DNA of 64,000 bases, taken from contig OZ024742.1 in NCBI GenBank assembly GCA_964016885.1, positions 294,252,001-294,316,000 on the forward strand, written 5' to 3'. The notes beneath the pieces were generated by a model, which worked only from the letters and a program-made list of their open reading frames with translations, had not been told where the DNA came from and did no database searches. This DNA is from Eledone cirrhosa (taxonomy: Eukaryota). Each line of letters opens with the position of its first letter. The stretch's first letter is position 1. Position numbers and translations under genes: made by a program. Of the stretch, positions 52,128 to 64,000 are shown in pieces.

Positions 52128-55100
52128 GGAAGACATGATATGAAGGTTAAAAAACACTTGTGGATAGTGCAGTTTTAAATCAACATATGAAAAGTAGTTT
52201 TAGATTGATGTGTGATATTGGGGAAAATGTGTGATGTGTGATATTATAAAAAATCTTAAATTCAAGAGATACCCTTACAAAGGACAAGAGCACCTTGTAA
52301 ATCTCAAGAACACAATTTCAAACCTAAATTCCTCAAAAAATGTTTTAGTCCACTCTGACAAAACCAATAATTTATATGGCATTTCCAAGGATAATTATAA
52401 CAACCTTATCCTAAAGGAACTTAGGAAAAAATATCGTAAAACCAACCATGATAATTTAGAATACATAAACTTTGAAGCCTCTGAGATTATGTCAAAACTT
52501 GGCATCGAAAAAAAGACCGAACCATTCCTCCCAAGAACTCCGAGGATAAATCTCAAGGATCACAAAAACAATTTTCGCACTGAATTACCTGTTAGATTAA
52601 TCGCCCCTCTAAATCAGATCTGGGGGTTGTTAGTAAAGCCATCTTGGATAGAATTATCCCACAGGTTCGTTCTAATTGCTCTTCTTTGAACTTAAATTTA
52701 TGGTTTGGTACTTCTGAAGTGATTGGCTGGTTCGACAAATTGAATAATAAAAACAAACTAAAATTTGTTCAATTTGATATTGCCAGCTACTATTCTTCTA
52801 TTTCGCCTTCACTTCTCAATAATGCTCTATCTTTCGCACTTAAATATTCTGACATCACCACAGATGAACTTCACATCATTCTCACCGCACGTAAAACCAT
52901 CCTAGAGTTCAACAATGAATATTGGACCAGAGCCGATACCTCTAACAACTTCGACATCACAATTGGAGCATCCGATTCATCCCAATTGACAGATTTAATT
53001 GGTATCTTTATTTTGAACTCTTTGAGTCGGAAAATTCCTCAACTTCGCGGTGGAATTTATCGTGACGATGGACTCTTTACTATCTTAAATTGCAACATAG
53101 TTAACCTTAATATTATTAAGAACAATATACGTAATCTCTTTAACCAACATAACCTAAAAATTGAATTTGATAACAGCATCAAACTAGCTAATTTCTTGGA
53201 TGTATCTCTTAATCTTGACACTGGCCTATATTACCCTTACCATAAAAACAATGAGAACCTAAATTATGTTAATTTTAAATCTAACCATCCTACTAATATC
53301 AAGAATGCTATAGTTAGTAATATTGGAAAAAGAATATCTAACCTATATTCTAATAAAAACATCTTTGATGCTAACGCCAATTACTATAATAACGCGCTTT
53401 CTAAAGCCGGCTATCCTGATAAAATCAAATATAGTAAAGAAGCAAATTCTAGAAGATCTTACAGTAGAATAATTAATCATGATCATTCCAATAACTTTAA
53501 TAAAAGACCTAGATACAAAAACATAATCTGGTATAATGCTCCTTTCTCCATCTCTATTAATAATAATATTCCTAAATTATTCTTTAGTGCCTTAAATAAA
53601 TGCTTCCCTCCCTCACATATCTATAGTAAAATATTTAACAAACACACTATAAAATTTTCCTATTCGACATCCTCCAACATTTCCAACATTATCTCTAAAC
53701 ACAACAATAAAATACTAAATACTAAATCTCTTCCTTCCAACACTGAATATCATAATAATAGTAATAGTACTCCCGACGTCATTGTAAACCCTAGACTAAT
53801 CTCTGCAAACCCAAATACAACGTCAAACACAACTTCGCTAAATGTTCTTAATCCCATTCTAAATCAAGAAACTATTATTCCTATCGCAAATAACTTCTCC
53901 AATCCAATTCCTTCTATAGATAACACTAGGTCACTCGTTAATAATCTCTCTAATCGCAATTGCAATTGCCCTGTTAAAAATAAATGTCCTCTCAACAACC
54001 ATTGTCTTGATAAAAACTTAATTTACGAATGTAAAGTTATAACTGACACCAATTCCTTCACCTATTTTGGCTCCACTTCCACCTCCTTTAAAGCTCGTCT
54101 TTATAACCATCATTCGTCTTTTAAATACAAACTTAAAAGAACCAACACGGCTCTCTCAGAACTCATATGGTCCTTGAAAGACAAAAATATTAAATATAGC
54201 ATCTTTTGGAAAAAGGTTTCTTCTGCGTCTTCAGTTCTCTATCCAAGATTTGCAATCTCTGTCTAAATGAAAAATTTACCATTATATCTAATTTAGATTC
54301 TATAATAAATAGACGCACTGACTTGTTTCTGCTTGCATAAATTCCACAAAACATTCCACAAAGTATACAGCTAATATCCAAAACTTTATCAATTTAGAAT
54401 CTTTTTCTCAAAGGCACATATATATATATACTTCTTTAAAAATATACCCATCTTTCTACCTTATTTCAAAGTTATTTATTATACATTATATAATACTTGT
54501 TACTCATTCTATATCACTCCTAGTTATCACTTCCCTTTCTTCATTTTCCCTTTCTTCTCTTTTTCTTTTAATGTCTAACCCCTAATCTGTACCTTTTCTC
54601 ACTGTTGCCTAACATAGAAACAATTATTACACAATACAATACATTCTTACTTTATATTACTATGCAAAAATCCTTCGTAAACATAAACATTTTTTGACGT
54701 TAGATTATTCATCCTCAATTCATTATTTTTTTCTCCCTTTCATCTAACTTACTCATGCTCATCTCACAATATATCCTTACTTACATTACTTGTTGTTCTT
54801 TTTAATAATAGATATCAACATTTTCTTTCCATCGCACATATTATTAAACCCTTAAATATTATTCTTAATACATATTAACATTTTCTTTCCATCGCACATA
54901 TTATTAAACCCTTAAATATTATTCTTAATACATATTAACATTTTCTTTTCATCGCACATATTATTAAACCCTTCAATATACAAACCTTAACTTTACATTA
55001 TTTTTCTCTCCGTTAATTTTCAAATTCTTTTAATTTATACATTATCTTCCAACGGTTTTTCAACCTCTCTATGTAAAACAATATATTTCTCTCAGTTATA

Positions 55101-55321
55101 AAAGCTATCTCTCTCTCTCTATCACCCATCTCTCCTCCTATCTCATCCTTCCTCATTATACTCCTCCTTCTCCACTTTTTACTCTCATCTCCTCCTCTTT
55201 TTCAACCCCCCCCCCAAATTTTTTTCCCCAATATCACACATCAATCTAAAACTACTTTTCATATGTTGATTTAAAACTGCACTAGCCACAGGTGTTTTTT
55301 AACCTTCATATCATGTCTTCC

Positions 55322-55392
55322 TATTTTATCTGATGAAAACACAAATATTATTGCATGATGATATTTGTTTTTGAAATGCGCATAATAAAATA
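55322..55392 (+). ncRNA. Hammerhead ribozyme in the 3' pLTR
   Basis: tattttat CTGATGA aaacacaaatattatt gcat gatgatatttgttttt GAAA tgcgca TA ataaaata. Confidence 0.87.
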
Positions 55393-55515
55393 CATGGAAC
55401 TCTTTTAACCATCTTTTGTTCTTATATATTATGTATACTCCAGTCCTACAAACTGTAGAGTGCTTCTTATCCGATATCTGCACTGCTTTATTGTACTACA
55501 ATAAAACTCACCTCC

Positions 55516-55574
<59 letters not shown>

Positions 55575-55704
55575 GGTGTGGGATGCTTAAAGTGTCCATA
55601 TGCGGTAGGCCGTTTGAGCACTCGATGCTTTCACAGAGCAGAGTATAATATCACATAAGAAATAAGAAACGGAGAATCAGTGGTGCGACGAGTTAAAATG
55701 TATT

Positions 55705-55801
55705 AGACATATTAGAATCGTTTCTCTTGCGACTAGCTCGAGGCACGATCGATGCGATGATCGAACCTGACTCTGAAATCGCAAGATCCTCAGATACGTC
55801 T
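55705..55801 (-). ncRNA. Hammerhead ribozyme with 62-nt stem II region
   Basis: Minus strand: agacgtat CTGAGGA tcttgcga..tcgcaaga GAAA cgattc TA atatgtct (stem III mismatched), in a (TA)n-flanked insert at 55571-55870. Confidence 0.68.
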
Positions 55802-55865
55802 CGATCTTTCGAAGTAGTTTCCAAAATCTGGAAACTCTGCTTTTGTGATATTATCCACTTCTTAT

Positions 55866-55968
<103 letters not shown>

Positions 55969-56112
55969 AGATACTATTTATAGCTATGTATATACTATAC
56001 TATAGACAACTATGAACAGGGAAGATCAGTAATTTATTACTATCTTATTACCAGTAAGATAAATAGCTCAATGTAAGAACATCAGTTGTTTTACAGAGCA
56101 GTAATATTGAAA

Positions 56113-56269
<157 letters not shown>

Positions 56270-56300
56270 AATAAAATGTGGAGAGGAGACACACGAGTTA

Positions 56301-56353
<53 letters not shown>

Positions 56354-57029
56354 TAGTAATATATATATATAGTAATAATAATAAATTTGAAAACTAAAAT
56401 CCAAAGAGGGCTCGATAAGGATAAATATATATCAAATATATAAGAACCGTAGAGCAAATATTTATTAAAATAACAAATTAAAGTTTAAGTAAAGAATGGC
56501 TGCTTTTACCCTTAACAGGATCTTCTGAAACTAAAAAAATCAATCTGTGAATGCGGAAGTAAGTATTTCAAAAAACGTAGCAACCGAAGGAAGACAGGAA
56601 GACGATACTTTGGTTCGTGGGAACGTTCCCTGGCAAAGAACGGATAAAGACAAAGATAATACATCATAATTTGGAGCGGTGAAAACAATTACACGCAAAG
56701 ACAAAACCACGTTTATGGTATAAATGAAGTCGTAGACTAATATTCTATTAGGTGGTTCGTGGAGACGTTCTCTGGCAATGAACGGAAAAAACGAAGATAA
56801 TACGTCATTATGTGGAGCGGTGAGAACAATTACACGCAAAGACAAAACCACGTATATGGTATAAAAGAAGTCGTATACTAAAATCCTATTAGGAAACCGA
56901 ATGATTCCCGGCTTCAGAGTTAAGAATAAAGTAAATAAATTACAGAGGTAATTGACATTAAATATATACATGCACGCAACCATATAGGTACATACACAAG
57001 CATACGCGAAAACACCCGCAATGGGTATG

Positions 57030-57826
57030 TCAATACAAGCACGTACAAGCAGGATGGTTAGAATGCTTACTCATGTAATTAAGCGTATCATTCGGTTTTC
57101 TATACGGGTAGTGAAAGCCATTCGACAAATTGAGGGTACTCGAGGTAATTAACGACCGAGAGATTGGCCTCAACCTGTATGGAGAGGTTGAAGCCTTTAA
57201 AGAATGCTGTGAGTTCTTTTCTGGACCTGTCGCAAGCACGTGGGCCGCACTTAGTCATGGTCAACAGACCGTCATCACGGTACAAACCACCGCCCACGTT
57301 GGGGAATTCTTCCTTGATAGAGAAAAGAAGGAAAAGGCCGATAAAATCAGTAACCTCCGCAGAATCGCTGGCGCCCATACTCACGTCGAATGGGGTACTA
57401 TTAGATTTTTTAATCCAAATAGAGTCGTCGAAATTAATCACCGATTTACGGGCATTGGGGATGACATCAACTTCGAAATCCTTAACCACTGTGAGTGGTT
57501 TAGCGAAATTGATAGCTCTAAGAAGGAGTGGTAAAGTGATGGAGGAGTAGTAATTATTGATGTCGAATTGGATAAAACGGCAATGTTCCTTGTTACATAT
57601 GCCGTTGAACCAATCAATCACAACGAAAGAATTGTTCCACAGTGCAAGAGGGGCCAAACTTCTAATTTCAGGTATAATTCTATCTAAAATCCTTTTACTA
57701 AGTCTACCTAAATCAGACTTCGTAGGGTTAATAAGCCGAATAGAGGGGTTTTTCGGGAAATTGGATTAGTGATCCTTCAGGGTAAAGTGGGGAGAAATAG
57801 GGTCCAGAGGTTCAGTCCGTTCCAGG
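57030..57826 (-). mobile_element. Penelope-like RT fragment (a different family)
   Basis: FIQFDINNYYSSI, MGASDSAEVTDFIG, LYRDDGL, VVNYL, PYRKPND. Confidence 0.88.
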
Positions 57827-58500
57827 ATGTGTGACAGTATAGAAGCTCTTGTGCTTAAGCAACGACTCCGTTGGAGTGGTCACCTTGCCAGGATGAAGGA
57901 TTCTAGAATACCAAAACAACTCTTTTATGGAGAGTTAGTTAAAGGAAAACAACCGCCACATAAACCCCAAAAGAGGTATAAGGATTCCTTGAAAGCCTCT
58001 TTGAAAGACGCTAACATCTCTGCTGATATATGGGAAAATATTGCTGCTGATCGTAATAAATGGAGAAAGACTGAATATGAGGGAAAAGTTGCCTTTGAGG
58101 CATCTCGAATCGCATACGAGAAAGTAAAGCGGGATGTGAGGAAGGGCATTGCTGTTGCACTTCCAGACGGCGAGGGTCCACCTATGGTGCTGACATGCAA
58201 CGTCTGTGCGAGACTCTGCCTAAGCAAAGCTGGACTCGAAAGTCATCTTCGCAGTCATAAAGTAAGACCAGTGGTTGACTACCAGGCTGCTGTTGGAGAT
58301 GTTACTCATCATGCTTGCCAAACATGTGGTAGAGAATGTAAATCAGCAGAAAGGCTCAAGCGACATGCAAAAGTACACGAACTCCAACCACAGCCGACTA
58401 TTCCCAGTGAATGTTTTGGTTGCCGACTCTGTGCAAGACATTTTAGATCATTGGCTGGGCTAAAAAGCCACATTCGATCGCAGCGCTGTTAGTTGCTATC
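57827..58500 (+). mobile_element. RTE LINE 3' fragment with three C-terminal C2H2 fingers
   Basis: RLRWSGHLARMKDSRIPKQLFYGEL and AADRNKWR, then three CxxC..HxxxH-type fingers. Confidence 0.88.
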
Positions 58501-58595
58501 GTGTGTGTGTGTATAGATATGTTTATGTGTGCGTGTATGTGTATGTATATATGTATATGTATATTATTATTGTTGTTGTCGTTATTATTATTGTT

Positions 58596-61500
58596 GCCAA
58601 CGCCAGTGTCAGCACGGAAAGCTGCACCACCACCACCACCAAAATCAACATCAACAAAAACACGGACACCAACATCAAAAGCAGCCGGATCACCACCAAC
58701 ACCAAAACCAATCCAAGGAGAAAACGAGGAAAGCTCCCCCCCCCCCAATTATACACATAGACAAAACAATAAACGCACACACAGACACAGAGACACTCAC
58801 AGACACAGACCCTTTGTCTTCCAGCAGCGAAGATGAAGGAAAACCCAAAAGTGCAAAAAAAACAGAGAAAACTCACAAAAAAAAAAAAGCCCCAACAAAA
58901 CACAAAAACACACACAACAAAAAATACAGACACCACTAACGCAAACACTTCCCCAATAACATCATCACCAACAGCAACATCGAGACCACCTCCACAATCC
59001 ATGAAACGCAAACAACCTAAACAAACACAAGTACAAATAAACACACAAATACCTGAAATTGCAGACACCACACCTACAACAAACATAGACATACCCGAAA
59101 CAACACCACCAAAACCATCGCCACCACCTTCACCAAAACGAAAACAAATAAAACCACACCAACAAAATGTTAAAAACTTCGTGCTTGTCAGAAGGGCCAA
59201 CGATAAACTGATGGCCCTCTTAGCGCGAAGCGAGGACATTCAAACAGAGGGGGAGATTTTTGAAATGAGCACATTTTGCGTGCCAGAGGATTTGCTTCTG
59301 GTCCGAATGTCACTCAATTCCTTCAAAGAAATTCGAGAGAGCTTTCCTCAAGACGTGGGAACCCCGAATGTGAAACCCACATCAAGACTTTTAAAGGGGT
59401 TCCCAAAAGAAACCCCACCAACCATGGAGGTCGAACCACCCGACCTTCACAAGACCCGGGAGGTAAGTAAACCTTCCCTCTCTCTCTCTTAGCTTACCAA
59501 TATGGCCATATTAAGAGTAGGAAGTTTAAATGTTCGCGGCCTGGGGTCACCCTGGAAGCAGGATCGCCTGCTCAACGACCTCCGGTCGCTGGAAATGGAT
59601 GTGATTGCCGTAAGCGAGACCAGAATTTCCGACACGCGCGCACTAGCCCCCATTTTCGACGACTATCAGATCTTCGCATCTGTTAGCAGGCCGGGAATGG
59701 GAGGTGGGGTGGAAGTGCTGTTTAGGAAAGGACTGGATCTCGAGGTAAGATCGATCTTCCGGGACCCGGACGGTAAGTTGGTGGTCTTGGATGTGAGCAG
59801 TAGCGAAGGTGGTGCCTTTAGACTGCTGGCCGTCTACGCCCCTACAGGGGCCGGACGACCTGACTTCTTTAGGCGCCTGGAGACCTTTCTGGGTACGTCT
59901 CGCCCTTTACTGTTAGCGGGGGCTGGAATGGCATCTTAGACGCACGCTGGGATTGTGTGGGAGTAGCCGATAGGAGCGGGGGGTGCAAAAGCCTCAAGCA
60001 CCTACTCAGCCAGTTCCAACTGTCTGACAGGTATCGACTAGATTTCCCCAATGTGCCAGTATGGACATAGACCAACCGAATGGGGTCATCTAGATCGTAT
60101 ATAGACAGGATCTTCATCAGGAAAATAGATAGAAATAGTGTGGGCTGTCCACTTTTTAAAACGGTCGCCTATTCAGATCACAAATTTGTGATCTGTACGG
60201 TCGACCTAAATAAAACGCGTAGGTTAGGACCGGGTTACTGGAAGCTGAACATGTCATTTCCGGCACGTAAGGCTTACAGGGACCGAGTCAACAATTTAGT
60301 TAAGCAAAAGTTGACAGGGGGGATCATCAACAACAGATGGTGGGGGGCTCTCAAAAGAGAGATTAGAGTAACTTCGATAGAGTTCAGCAAAGAACTAGCG
60401 TTAGAGAAAAATAGAAAGGAGGGGGAGCTGGTAGATAAGTTAGACGAGGCTATTTGTAGTGACATCGCAACTGACGTGCTAGCGGCGAGAATGGCATTAG
60501 ACCATTTCTTCAATGCCAAACACGAAGGTTGCATTGTCAGAGCTAAGGCGCGTGCGGTGAGAAACGAGGGAACTAAAGCTGTTCGATGGGCCCGCGTGGC
60601 GGAGGCGCAGCGTAGTAATAAAACCACAATTCGGTCTTTGGCGGACCGAGACGGATACGAGATAAGCGATTCCAAGCGGATGTGTGAGGCCTTTCGCCAG
60701 CACTTTGCTCGGTTGTTCAGGGAGAGTGGCGAATCAGAGAGAGTAGCGGATTTCAGTCCCTACCTTGACGGCTTGCCGCGCATCTCGACGGTCGACGCTG
60801 AGCGTTGCGAAAGGCCGATTACTTCAGCCGAAATTCAGGACGCCCTTGTCGGCTGCATGAGGCGCAAGTCACCCGGTTTGGATGGCCTGCCCTACGAGCT
60901 TTACGTAAATATGCCAGACTTGTTCTCCGAACTCCTCGAAGCACTCTACTGCAACTGGCAGCAGAATGGGAGTATTCCCAGTTCTGTGAGCAGGGGAGTG
61001 GTGACGCTGATAAGGAAAGACGAGAACAAGAGGGATACATTAGACAACTTCAGGCCCATAACTCTGCTCAACACAGAGTTTAAGATTTTGGCCAAGGTGT
61101 TAGCAAAGAGATTGGCGCTTGTCGTCGAGGATTTGGTTGGGGAGGCGCAAACTTGCGCAATCCCAGCCAGGTCCATACACGACAATCTCCACCTCATGCG
61201 ATACATCATAGAGAGGGTAGGGTGTAAACCTGGCTTCGGTGGGGCACTGATCAATTTAGATCAATCGAAAGCATTCGATAGGGTCGACCATCGGAATCTG
61301 GAGTTTGTCCTCAAAGCAGCTGGCTTCGGCCCTGTCTTTAGAAGCTGGATCGTTGCAATGAACAGCGGCACACGCTCGGTGGTCAAGGTTAATGGCCACC
61401 TCTCGGAACCATTTCGGCTCTCCCGATCGGTCCGTCAAGGGTGCCCTCTCTCTTCCCTTCTGTACGTATTGACTCTCGAGCCTTTACTGCGGAAGCTGGA

Positions 61501-63200
61501 GCTGTTGCAGGGCATCCCGCTCGAACCGGGACGTGGAAAGGCGGTGTCGGCTTATGCGGATGACATCACCGTGATGGTGTCGAACACCTCAGAAATCGAG
61601 GTGGTCGGCACCTTATTGAAGGAATATGAAAGGTTGACAGGAGCCAAACTTAACCCGGAAAAGTCGGTGGGCTTGCAGCTCGGAACCTGGAGAGGCAAGT
61701 CCATGCCGTCCAACAGCGTCGTGGGGCGCTGGACGGACGGACCGGTAAAGTTGCTCGGGGTTTGGTTCGGACCAGACCTCCAGGTGGAAAAGAATTGGGA
61801 CGAGGTAACGAGCAGAGTAGCCAGTCTCACCCAAAAATAGGCTGGGAGGAAGCTATCACTGAAAGGTCGCGCGGAGGTGGCGAATGCGTACATCGCGTCC
61901 GTCATCTACTACCGCCTAACCGTCGTGCCTTGCCCCCGTCCGCGCCTCGTCAAGTTAGAACGGCTCCTCTTCAAATTCTTGTGGAGGGGACAAGTTCGGT
62001 TGGTGAGGCGGTCCATCTGCTGCCAGCACCCTCTACGCGGAGGGCTGGGCATGCCGTGGCTAATGATGCGCAGACATGCGTTGAGGCTGCGACATCTCCA
62101 GATATTCTGCCTCAATGGTGAACAGGTGTGGTCGCCGTTTATCAGACGGGCCTTTCCGCAGCTCATTTCTTTGACTGAGCTGCAGTCCTGGGTCAAGAAG
62201 AGACCGAGACTGGGTGACTGGCACCTGGAATGTTGCCAGGCACTCACTGCCCTCTACCAAGCGGGCAATGCGATCAGTGGAACTTCCACTCTCGAGTTCT
62301 ATAGAAGATTAGTGGTGGGCAAGTGCGATGACGCACTCGGGGAAGCTTTGGGCCTCGACGAAGTCGAACTGACCAGTCTGTACCGGAGGACTTTTGAGCC
62401 GGGGACGATGGACAATTTCCAGAAATCCCTCGCTTGGCAGTGCTACCGGGAGGCACTGCCGGTTCGGCATAAACTCTACAGGCACGGAAGTGCTGTCAGA
62501 CGGACCTGCCCAAGATGCGCACAGAACGACGAAACCGTTCTGCACGCACTTGTCCAATGTCCGTGCATTACTGACTTGTGGAGTTATGTCGAACAGCTAC
62601 TGTCGCGTGTGGAACGAATCCGGCTATCGGCCGAGTCCATAGTGAAGATCGAGCCGCCACCTTCCTTAGGTCAGGAAGAGCAGGAAATTTTCCTCTGTCT
62701 GGTGGCAGTTGCGAAAGAGATTATATGGTGGACCAGGTTGAAAGGACTAAAGACAGACACTTTTCTCTTCGGCCAATCCCTCATCAACTTCTTCAAGTTT
62801 CACCTGGAAAGGAGGGTGAGGGTGGAGAGAGAAGTGCTGCCCCCCAGTACATTTGCTAAAAGGTGGGTGAATGTGGCGAGAATGACTCGTGTGAATGGGC
62901 CTACTCTGACCATGCGCCTATAGGCTGGCTAACTTGAGGAGAGGGGTGCTCTCCCTGGGTGCCCTAGAAGCGCAGGGTGGTTCAGGATTGGTGGGGTACC
63001 TGAATCACCCCAGGGTCGTCCACCCCCTATCGGGGAATTTATTTTGTTATATTTATGCATAGTTTATTTTATATTTTTATATTTTCATTGTTAAATTAGT
63101 CTTACCATTGTGCACTTTTACTCGACCTTATTGTAAACCCCCACTGTCCCTGTCTTTGTATTGTCCCCTACATGTCGGCCCTTGTGGCTACTAAATGAAA

Positions 63201-63202
<2 letters not shown>
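58596..63202 (+). mobile_element. L1/Tx1-clade LINE: 3' part of ORF1 and a complete but disrupted ORF2
   Basis: ORF2 at 59502-62923: APE (SLNVRGL, SETR, VYAP, SDH), RT (KSPGLDGL, FRPITLLN, KAFDRV, VRQGCPLS, YADD) and zf-RVT (CPRC..ETVLHALVQC). One frameshift near 59925 and stops at 60068 and 61838. (ATT)n on both sides. Confidence 0.95.
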
Positions 63203-63250
<48 letters not shown>

Positions 63251-63296
63251 GTTATTAATGTATGTGTGTGTGTATATATATGTGTGTATATATGTA

Positions 63297-63337
<41 letters not shown>

Positions 63338-63341
<4 letters not shown>

Positions 63342-63516
63342 CTTTTTTATTTTTATTTTCTTTTTTATTTATTTATTAATTTTTTTTTTCTCCTCGTGCA
63401 ATGGCCATACTCGATAACGAGGGGGCAACCATCATGTATGTATGTATGTATGTATGTATGTATGTATGTATGTATGTATGTATGTATGTATGTATGTATG
63501 TATGTATGTATGTATG

Positions 63517-63560
<44 letters not shown>

Positions 63561-63724
63561 GGGCTCCCTACATATATATAGAAGAGGAAGACCAAGGTTA
63601 ACATATGTTGATGCCCTAAGGACAGACACTGGTCTGTTGGAGATGCAGGATATGGCAGCGATAATGAGGGACAGAGACCGCTGGAGAGAACTCGTCCATG
63701 GATCTCGGGAATTTTACCCGCCTT

Positions 63725-63758
<34 letters not shown>

Positions 63759-63930
63759 CTTTTTTTTATTTTAATTATATTTTTTATTTATTTATTAATT
63801 TTTTTTTTCTCCTCGTGCAATGGCCATACTCGATAACGAGGGGGCAGCCATCATGTATGTATGTATGTATGTATGTATGTATGTATGTATGTATGTATGT
63901 ATGTATGTATGTATGTATGTATGTATGTAT
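63338..63930 (+). repeat. Duplicated RTE-ZF 3' terminus with (TA)n/(TATG)n
   Basis: The block T-rich..ctcgtgcaatggccatactcgataacgagggggca(a/g)ccatc(atgt)n occurs at about 63338-63520 and 63756-63930. Confidence 0.85.
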
Positions 63931-64000
63931 GTGTGTATGTATGTATGTACGCGGGTTTGGATGCATGTATCTAAATGTGTGTATGTAATTCTAACCCACT

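Larger units (their letters stand above)
52026..55518 (+). mobile_element. Penelope-like retroelement (RT + C-terminal GIY-YIG, Naiad-like), 5'-truncated with an inverted 5' pLTR
   Basis: Frameshifted ORF at about 52231-54374: FVQFDIASYYSSI, IGASDS, YRDDG, FLDVSL, CNCPVKNKCPL, IYECKV..YFGST. 52026-52227 is the inverse of the 3' end. (TA)n flanks. Confidence 0.93.

Noticed and set aside
53950-54374. Selenocysteine recoding as reported for some Naiad elements
   Set aside because: The zinc-motif cysteines are TGC/TGT here and at 30530-30580; there is no in-frame TGA at those positions.
56480-56535. Additional minus-strand hammerhead (agttt CAGAAGA tcct gtta aggg TAAA...)
   Set aside because: Both core segments are mutated and stem III/I geometry is not clean; it cannot be supported.
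57827-58492. Host C2H2 zinc-finger transcription factor gene
   Set aside because: The fingers are in frame with the RTE C-terminal domain and there is no exon structure.

Overview
This is AT-rich, microsatellite-dense eukaryotic DNA. The SINE, LINE and microsatellite content suggests a cephalopod (Octopus-like), which is an inference. The only host gene I can support is the 3' part of MAF1 (four coding exons, + strand, 4849-10490). The rest is transposon-derived: RTE LINEs (one with a PHD finger inside the RT, others with C-terminal C2H2 fingers), CR1, a near-complete L1/Tx1 element, two R4/Dong-like elements in (CATA)n, an internally deleted Gypsy LTR element nested in one of them, a Helitron, piggyBac/hAT/Tc1-like MITEs and SINEs. 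The most striking signal is a set of Penelope-like elements and short non-coding fold-back inserts in (TA)n tracts. Together they carry 13 hammerhead ribozyme cores plus one half-core, from about 8 unrelated sequence families, several with unusually long stem II. All calls come from reading the sequence by eye; no database searches or folding programs were run.
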